Assembly (NCBI GenBank): GCA_051942245.1
Contig: JAVECL010000052.1
Location: forward strand, 52,406-72,405
Reading direction: 5' to 3'
DNA: 20,000 bases
Source of the DNA: Trypethelium eluteriae
Taxonomy: Eukaryota
The notes beneath the pieces were generated by a model that made no database searches, had not been told where the DNA came from, and saw only the letters and a program-made list of their open reading frames with translations. Position numbers and translations under genes: made by a program. Of this stretch, positions 1 through 9,600 are shown piece after piece (position 1 is the first letter of the stretch; each line of letters begins with the position of its first letter).

Positions 1-627
1 ACGGCGATGTTGCAGTCGTTTCACGGCGTCTTCTCCGATCGACCAAGACTTCCAGCAATCTTCAACGAAGGCCATGGACGTGAACCTTGGGATTCTCAAA
101 TCGACCTATCCCGAACAGTTGGCTGGTTCACGACAATTACTCCCATATACTTACCAAGCATATCGGCGGAACATTTTGACACTATCAGCATACTACGTTG
201 GATCAAAGACACTCGGAGGCGTGAACCCGATAAGGGACGAGAATATTTCGCACATCGTTTCCTGTCAGAAGATGGCAGGCAAAAATTCCACGGGCACTGG
301 CCAATGGAAATCAGCTTCAATTATCTTGGGCAATTGCAACAATTGGAGAGGAAAGAAGCGCTGCTGCAGCCTCTGGAAAGCCTGTCTGGGCAGTCAGTAA
401 ACATGATGTCTGATATCGGCAAAGAAGTTCCCCGTTTCGCGCTGATCGAGACGTCAGCTGCAGTGAACCAAGGTAGCCTCAAGGTCACCTTCAGCTACAA
501 TAAGAACATGAAGCGTCAGCAACAAATTGAGCAATGGGTCGCTGAGTACCAAAAGACGCTTGAAAGAATCGTCGAGCAATTGGTACAATCGAAGATGGAA
601 CCAACTCTCGATGATTTTCCGTTACTG
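1..627 (+). other. NRPS epimerization (E) domain, C-terminal half
   Basis: E-specific motifs FNEGHGREP (61-87), SRTVGWFT (about 109-132) and FNYLGQ (316-333), followed by the linker PTLDDFPLL. Confidence 0.92.
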
Positions 628-3600
628 CCGCTTGCTTACGATGGTCTCACTAACCTTGCTCAAAAGCTGCCTCAGATGGGCTTATCATCCTTTGAGGAGC
701 TGGAAGATGCCTATCCATGCTCGGCAATGCAGCAAGGAATTCTATTTAGCCAGCTCAAGAATCCGGCCACCTACAATTATCGATCTATTATCGAGGTGCG
801 GCCAACGCGAAAGGAGCAAAGGATTGAGACTGGTCGCCTGGAAGAGGCTTGGCAAGCCGTCGTTCAACGACATGCGTCCTTGAGGACCATATTCATTAAC
901 AACGTTTCGCAGCAAGGTTTGATGGACCAAGCGGTAGTCAAAAAATGGACTGCCAGGGTAGATCGATTGGAAGAATGCGATGATGCAGAGATTGTCCAGA
1001 AGCTTGAAGCACGTCCTCCCATCGACTTCAACAATTCCAAGCCGCCTCATTTCTTCACGATAGCAAAAACGTCCTCGAACCGAGTGTTTTGCATGCTTGA
1101 CATAAGTCATGCCATTTCCGATGGGAGCTCTATGCCGATACTACTTCGCGATCTTGCTCAAGCATATACTGGGCAACCGGCACTTAACCTCAAAGGTCCA
1201 CTCTTTAGCCAATACATCTCCCACATCCAATCAGGCTCTCAGCAAGCCGATATGGATTATTGGAAGTCATACCTTGCGGATATTGAGCCTTGTTACTTCC
1301 CTAACCTTGGGAACTCCACCAAAGAAACGAGAACACTCAACACTTTGGTTTTGCCGTTGTCAAGAGCGTCTCAGTTACCTACCTTCTGTGCAAAGCATGG
1401 TCTTACAGTGCCCACTGTGTTGCAATTTGTGTGGGCTCTGATTCTTCGGTGCTACACCAACTCGAACGAGATCTGCTTCGGATACCTAGTCTCTGGACGG
1501 GATGCTCCGGTGAGTGGTATTCAAGATGCCGTAGGTGCATTCATCAACATTCTCGTGTGCCGGATAAACCTTCTTGAGAATGTTCAACTTGGAGATGCAC
1601 TGGAGCAGATTCAAACCGATGTCGTCCAAAGCATGGCCCATCAGCACAGTTCCCTTGCAGATGTGCAACACGAGCTTCGTCTTTCAGGCGTTTCGCTCTT
1701 CAATACGGCTTTCACCTACCAGAAGCGATCAAGTTCGAACATGGTATCAACTGATGCGCTTTCCTTCAATGTCCTCGACGCTCATGATCCAAGTGAATAC
1801 AGCATTACAATCAACATCGAGGCCTTCGAATCAGGCGTGGAAGTCCACTTGAACTATTGGTCTGACATTCTGTCCGAGACGCAGGCGTCACACATGGCCA
1901 GCACTTACGAACACGTCCTAAATAGCATCATGGAAAGTCCGAAACTAAGTCTGCCAATTGGTGAGCTCGATCACTTCAGTGAGAAGAGCAGGAAACAAGT
2001 GTCGGAGTGGAACGAGAAACTTCCAGAAACCGTTGAAAAATGCGTGCACAAGGCAATTGAAGAGCAATCGCGCATCCAGCAAATTTCCAAGCATGCTATT
2101 TTTGCGTGGGATGGAAACCTTACGTACAAGCAGCTTGATCGACTGGCAACACGATTAGCCACTCGCCTTGTTACGCTTGGTGTCCTCCGAGGGACTTATG
2201 TTCCTATTTGCTTCGAGAAGTCTCTGTGGCCGATTGTGGCAATGCTCGCGATAATGAAGGCTGGTGGTGCATTCGTGCCTTTAGATCCCACCCATCCCGT
2301 TAGTCGATGGAAGCACATCATCCAAAACGTTGAAGCTAAATTGGTGCTTTGCTCGTCACAATACCAGGCCAAGCTTTCCGAGGCCGCGAAAAAGACGTTT
2401 GTTGTCGACAAGACGTCGATCAGCCAATGCACGGACTCTCCACGCAGCCTCTCTCTGCAAGAGCCATCACCTGAAGACGCTGCGTATATCATCTTCACTT
2501 CAGGCACAACTGGTTTGCCAAAAGGCACCATTATTGAGCATGCCCAATTTTGTACTAGCGCAACTGAACACGCTCGAGCGATGTTTATGCGATCGGATTC
2601 TCGGGTCTTCCAGTTCGCTAACTACACATTTGATGCAAGCATCATGGAAATCTTATCAACCCTGATTGCTGGTGGATGTGTTTGTGTGCCGAACGAACAA
2701 GAGCGCATGAGTGATATCCCCGGCGCCATCCAACGTATGGATGTTAACTGGACATTGCTGACACCATCTGTGGCCAAGATTCTGGATCCAGACAGTGTAC
2801 CAAGTTTGAAGGTACTTGTCACTGGTGGTGAAGCAATGTCTGCCGGACACATTGCCAGGTGGCGAGGCAAGGCCGCAATCATCAACGCCTACGGACCAAG
2901 TGAGACTTCAGTCATCGCCGCAACAAGTACCAAGATCGATGAGAACGGCGTTGAAGTCAACGGAGATACCAGTACTATCGGTGGTGCTGTGGGAGGTCGC
3001 AACTGGGTTGTAGACCCACGCAACTGCAATCGACTTACTCCAGTTGGCGGCGTTGGCGAGCTTCTAGTTGAAGGACGCCACGTGGCTCGAGGGTATCTCA
3101 AGAATGAGCAAAAGACTGCCGAAGCCTTCGTCACAGATCCGTCGTGGCGCAAGAACAAAACATTTGGAGATCTCGATCATCGCAAAGAACGCATGTATCG
3201 GACTGGCGATCTCGTCCGGTACAACTCCGACGGCACATTGAGTTACATATCAAGAAAGGATACTCAAGTGAAATTCAACGGTCAGCGCATCGAGCTCGGT
3301 GAAATCGAGCATCATGTACGGACAAATCTTTCGGAGGAGATCCAATCTGCCGTCGAACTAGTCGTACCCCCTGGCCGGAATGGGACTAAAGCCCTCTGTG
3401 TCTTCCTCTCCATTCCGGAGGGCAAGGCCGAAACTGAGCCCCAAATAGCATCTCCCATCGATGAACTGTTACTCCCGATGTCAGATCAGATGCAGGCTCG
3501 ATGCAAGGAACTTGAAAGCGCCCTCACGAAAGCGCTGCCAGCATACATGGTCCCGACGATATTCATCCCGCTTACAAAGATGCCATGGACAAGTTCTGGT

Positions 3601-6600
3601 AAGATCGACCGACCCCGACTGCGACACGTTGTCGAAAAGCTGCCAAGAGAGGAGATATTGCCATACAAACTAGCAGGTTTTGTCAAAAAGCGAGCTCCAG
3701 TTACAGCTATGGAGAAGAAGCTGGCCAAGTTATGGGAGAATGTCTTGAACGCGCCATCCAGTTCCTTTGGCCTCGACGATAACTTTTTCAAGCTCGGCGG
3801 TGACTCAATTGCGGCGATGCGGCTCATCAACGCTGCCTATGCTGAACAAATTACCTTGACAGTCCTTGCCATATTCGAAAAACCAAAACTTTCAGACATG
3901 GCTGGGGCTTGCACTATCTTTGAGGGTGACGGTCCCAAAGAGTCTGCGCCATTCAGCTTGATCACCACCGATGAAGGTCTCTCTGAGACCCGCGACGAAT
4001 TAGCAGGTGCATGTGAAGTTGAGAAGGCCGTAATACAGGACGCCTATCCTTGCAGTTCACTTCAAGAAGGCCTCATCACGTTATCAATCAAACAGCCGGG
4101 CTCCTATGCCGCTCGCAATGCTTTCCAACTTGGTGCTGAGGTCGATCTTGATCGGTTTAAAGCAGCATGGCAAAAGACTGTCGACGATATTGATATCCTC
4201 AGGACTCGCATCGTTCATATGAAATCGTCTGCCTTTCTTCAAGTTGTGCTCCGTGAGCAGCCAATTACTTGGCATGCTGCAGAGAACTTATCTGAGTTGA
4301 ACAAGGAGATGATGATTTTACCAGAACACAATGGATCCTCGCTCACCCGGTACACGATAGTCCAAAGCACAAACTCCAACGAGCGTTACTTCGTTTGGGG
4401 TATTCACCATGCTCTATATGACGGATGGAGCATGCCTATGGTCCTCGAACGATTCAAGTCCAACTACAGGCAAGGCGTCGCGAAGATTCCAAAGGTTCCA
4501 TATGCAAGGTTCATCAAATACCTTCTACAAAACAAACCGCAGACATCAGATACTTTCTGGAAATCAAAATTAGCAGGGTCCTCACCCCTTCACTTCCCAC
4601 AGGCTCCAGTCGCAGAGTCACAACAAACTCGTACAACACCATCACTTACCTATGATGCAAATATTTCTCGGACAATCATAGGATCAGAAATAACGATGCC
4701 AACGATCATCAGAGCTGCTTGGGCCGCACTATTGGGGGCCTACACCGGATCTGAGGACGTCGTTTTCGGTCAGACTCTTGCCGGACGAGATATATCTGTT
4801 CCGGGAGTCACCGACATTATCGGCCCAACTCTGACGACTGTACCGACAAGGATTCAGGTAGACCATACCTTGACTGTGATGCAATATTTGCAAGCTGTTC
4901 AGCATATGACTGCGGATACTATACCCCACCAACATGCCGGCCTGCAACACATTAAACGACTCAATTCGGATACTGCAGCAGCCTGTAACTTCCAGAATCT
5001 TCTCGTCATTCAACCAGCAGAGGAAAATTCCTCAGAAGATGAGCTCTGGACTCCTTTGGATGAGGGAGCGGGGATGAACTTCTTTACCTACCCGCTCATC
5101 CTTGAATGCAAGTTTGCGAATCGCAAGGTTGAGATTGTGGTCCATCATGACGAACATACAATTTCCGCATATGAAGTTCAAAGACTACTCTCTCAGTTTG
5201 ACATGGTTCTCAACCAGCTCAACGACGCGTCGAACAACAAGGACAAGAAACTGAGCGAGCTCCAGATGTTCAGCATGCAAGATTCGGAGGCTCTACGGGC
5301 TTTCAATCGGACAAATCAACTGTCTGGCATATCGGCTAAGATCATATCTAACTTCAAGGAAACAGCTGCATCCGGGGAACTGCAGAATTTGGGGATGGGC
5401 ATGGCATGGATCGTGGATCCGTTAGATCACGACCGCCTTGCGCCTCTGGGCGCAGTGGGGGAGTTGGTCTTAGAAGGAGCGAACTTGGAGAAGACATACA
5501 TGACTGTTCTTCAAGATGCGCAGACGACTTATATCGAAAATCCCACCTGGACTGCGGCATTCGAGGAAGGAAAATCCTCACGGCGGATGCTCAAGACTGG
5601 CTACCTAGCAAACTACGATTCCCGCGGCGTCTTGGAACTCCGAGGAAAGAAAGAGAACCAAGTGAAGCTCAATGGCCAGCGCTTAGAGCTGACCGCAATC
5701 GAGCGCCTTCTCAACATGCATTCCCACGTTCACGACTCAATCGTACTCCAGCCTCTCGTAGGCCAATTCAGAGAGAATCTCGTCGCTGTCTTGTCGTTGA
5801 AGGGCACGGCCCAAGAAGATGCGGCCTTATCAGTAAAGCCATTGCAGCTCGTATCAGGAGGATCGAGGGAGGCCATGCGCGCACAACTGTCTGAAGTACA
5901 AACTGAGCTGTCAGCACAATTGTCACAGTCTTTCATGCCGAACAAATGGGTGGTAGTACAGGCACTTCCTCTGACGGCGTCAGGGGGACCTGATAGGGAA
6001 CGTGTTGCCGACTGGATTACCAAACTTGATGAGGAGACGCACACACAAATCCGTGATCAGGAGAGAATCGAAGAGCCAGAGGATACCACCGAACCTTCAA
6101 CTGCATTCAAGAGAATCATGCGAGATATTTATTCCCGTGTACTCAATATTCCAGTTGAGGAAATTAGCTTTGAGCAGTCCTTCCTGAATCTTGGCGGTGA
6201 CTCAATCACAGCGATGCAAGTCATGGCACATGCTCGAAAAGAGAAGATCAGTCTCTCTTTACATGAGATTATCCGAAGCCAGTCGATCAACGAACTCGAA
6301 CAAAACGCAGATCTACACACACTGCAGCAAGCTGACATGGGCGGTCAAGAGGAGAAGCTCGATACCGTTTTCGAACTTTCTCCCATCCAGCAACTCTATT
6401 TCCAGTCCGTTAAACAACCGAAGCTCGGTGATCGTTTCAATCAGAGCTATTTGGTCCGCCTTTCCAGGGACATCCCATCTGAAGATATTGAAAATGCGGT
6501 CAAAGCCATTGTCGGTCAGCACTCGATGCTTCGAGCACGATTCACCAAAGACGCATCGGGTGTTTGGAAGCAACGCATAACTGGAGACGTCACTTCTTCC

Positions 6601-9600
6601 TACCGTTATAAAGTTTATGAGGTCGAGAAGCTCCGTGATATTAATCCCATGGTTTCAGACAGCCAAAGCTGTCTCGATGTTCAAAATGGGCCCCTGTTCG
6701 CAGCAGACTTCTTCCGAATCAATGGGCAAGAGAGCGTGGTATTCCTCGTTGCTCACCATCTCGTCGTGGATATTGTGTCCTGGAATAATATCATGCAGGA
6801 CTTTGAGGAGCTGCTTGATACCGGTGCGCTGATGGGTGACAAGCCACTGCCATTCCAGCATTGGGCATCCATGCAAGCCGACAACGCCCAAGAGAGAAAT
6901 GCAAGCGGCAATAGTCGGAAAGTCTTGCCTTACGATATTTCTCCCGCCAATCTAGATTACTGGGGCTTAGCTGGAAAACCTAACAAGTACAGTGATGTGG
7001 ACCACGAATCCTTCATGATCCCCGAGGACATATCCCAACTCGCGCTCGACGAGTGTCACAAGCCTTTCAAGACAGACATGGTAGATCTATTCTTGGCAGT
7101 CCTTGTCCATTCGTTCAACCGTGTATTCAATGACAGAGAGGCACCAACTATTTTCAACGAAGGTCACGGCCGTGAACCTTGGGATTCCTCCATTGACATT
7201 TCGAGGACAGTGGGATGGTTCACAGCCATGGCTCCTTTCCACGTCGCAGTCGATAAAGATAGGAACGATATCCTGGATACTGTAAAGCGAATGAAAGATG
7301 TTCGTCGCAAGGTGCCAGAAAATGGTCGGGCCTATTTTGCTCATCGTTTCCTCACATTAGACGGCCGTAAACGATTCAAGGACCATATGCCAATGGAAAT
7401 GACGTTCAATTACCTCGGTCGCATGCAATCGGCACAGCGCGACGATTCTTTGTTGCAAAAGATCGACTTTGATACAGATGATGAGTCTTTCAGGATGGTC
7501 GCCGATATGAACGACAACGCACCCAGATTCGCTCTCTTCGAGGTCTCGGCTTATGTTGCTACGAAACAGATTCAGTTCACCGTCAACTACAACCGATGTG
7601 TAAAGCATCAAAACGCAATACAACGATGGTTTTCGGAATGCCAACGAACTTTCGCCGAAGCTGTCACTCGTCTAGTGGAGCTACCATCGCAGCCCACGCT
7701 TAGCGATTATCCTACCATGCCGATCGGTTATGATAAGCTGGAGAAGTTAACAAGGGAGATCTTCCCCAAGTATGGCCTCGCTCACCACGATAAGGTCGAG
7801 AATGTCTACCCATGTTCTCCTATGCAAGAGGGATTGTTGCTCGCTCAATTTGTTGATCCAAGCCGATATCTCTGCCACACGGAAGTTGAGGTCAAGCCCA
7901 CTCGATTCGGAGAAGGCCAAGTCAATGCTCAGAAACTCGTGAGCACCTGGCAAAAGGTCGTTGATCGCCATGCGGCTCTGAGAACGATCTTCATCGACAG
8001 TGTCTATCAAGGGGATGCGTTCAACCAAATCGTTGTTAAGCAAGCGAACAGTGGGGCGATCTTTATCGAGTGTGAAGAGAGCGAAGTGTTGGACCGCATG
8101 GATGCTGTCAGTCTCCGAGAAACTAACTTGAAGAACAAGCCCCCGCTCCCTCATCAGCTGACAGTCTGCCTCACACCAAATGGCAAAGTCTTCCTCAAGA
8201 TCGAAATCAACCACTGTGTCATTGATGGCGAATCGGCTTTCATTCTCATGCGCGACCTGGGACTGGCGTACGAGGATAAATTGCCAGAAGGTCGCGGTCC
8301 GTTATATAGCGATTACATCGCGTACATCAAAGGCCAGCCACCGAGCGCGGATGTCAGATTTTGGAGAACATATCTGAAAGGAGTTCAGCCATGTTACTTC
8401 CCTGCGCTGGTTGACAAACCACCAGCTGAAAAGACTCTTGGCTCAGTCTCATTGAAGTTCGACCGGTTTGATGAGCTTCAGAGCCTCTGCAAAACTCTGA
8501 AAGTAACTCTATCTAACGTCATGCTTGTAGCGTGGGCCTTGGTCTTACGAGATTACGTCCGCACGGATGACATCTGCTTTGGGTACCTGACTTCAGGTCG
8601 TGATGCCCCGGTCAGCAGCATTCAAGACGCTATTGGTGCATATATCAATATGCTCGTGTCTCGCATTAAGTTTACAGCTACCTCGTCCCTCGAAGAGATG
8701 TTCCAGACGACACAGGATGACTATCATCAAAGTCTGCCGTACCAGCATTGTTCTCTTGCTCAGATGCAACACGATATGGAGTACACTGGTAATATGTTTA
8801 ATACTGCTGTTTCAATCCAGAACACTGGTGCTGAAGGAGAAGCTGCAGAATGTTCTCTTGATTTCATACCTCTGAGAGCCCATGATCCTAGCGAGGTAAG
8901 TTTTGACAACATTAGAGACGGTCAAGAGCGAAGACTAATATATAATCCATAGTATGGCGTAACTCTCAATATCAGGACGACAAGGCACGACGAAGGCGCC
9001 GTGCTTAGATATTGGAACGACCATTTGTCGCCTCAGCAGGCCGAAGAAGTCATGGACAAGCTTAGTCGAGTTCTTACCAACACGATTACGGAACCAAAAC
9101 AATCCATCATGGAGCTGGACAAAGCCAATAAAGCTCTCCAAAAGGGAGCAAGTCCAGAGGCTTCTGCACCAGAACCCGCGACCTTTGACGTCAATCACGG
9201 CATTGCCCAGCAGCTCGTTACCCAACAAGTCTACCCTGATATGGTTAAGCAGCTTGTTTCTGAATGTGTCCACCGCGACATGTTTAAGCAACTCGTTTCC
9301 GAAACCGTGCAACAGGTTATTGGCGAACTTTTCAAGAATGGAACTCTTGTAGCATCCGATACCAACAGGATCCAGAACGGCAGCTCGATGAACCTTATTA
9401 GTCCCAAAGCTAATGAGGTGGACAACAGCAAGTCAATCAGAGATCGTGCAGCAACAGACCAGGATTCCGACGAAAATGTCGCTCTTTCGAGAAAGCAAGG
9501 AAAGGCACTCTCCGCAGAAGAAATGGACAAGAAACTCTTAACCTTATGGAGCGAAGCGCTTGACATCCCAAAGAACGAGATTGGAAGTGAAGGAAGTTTC

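Noticed and set aside
7..9. ATG at 7 as the NRPS start codon
   Set aside because: It lies mid-E-domain and the frame is open to the window edge, so the gene starts upstream.
1105..8229. SHAISDG and NHCVIDG as inactive C domains
   Set aside because: The second (catalytic) His and the Asp-Gly are retained, and first-position variation is common in fungal C domains following E.
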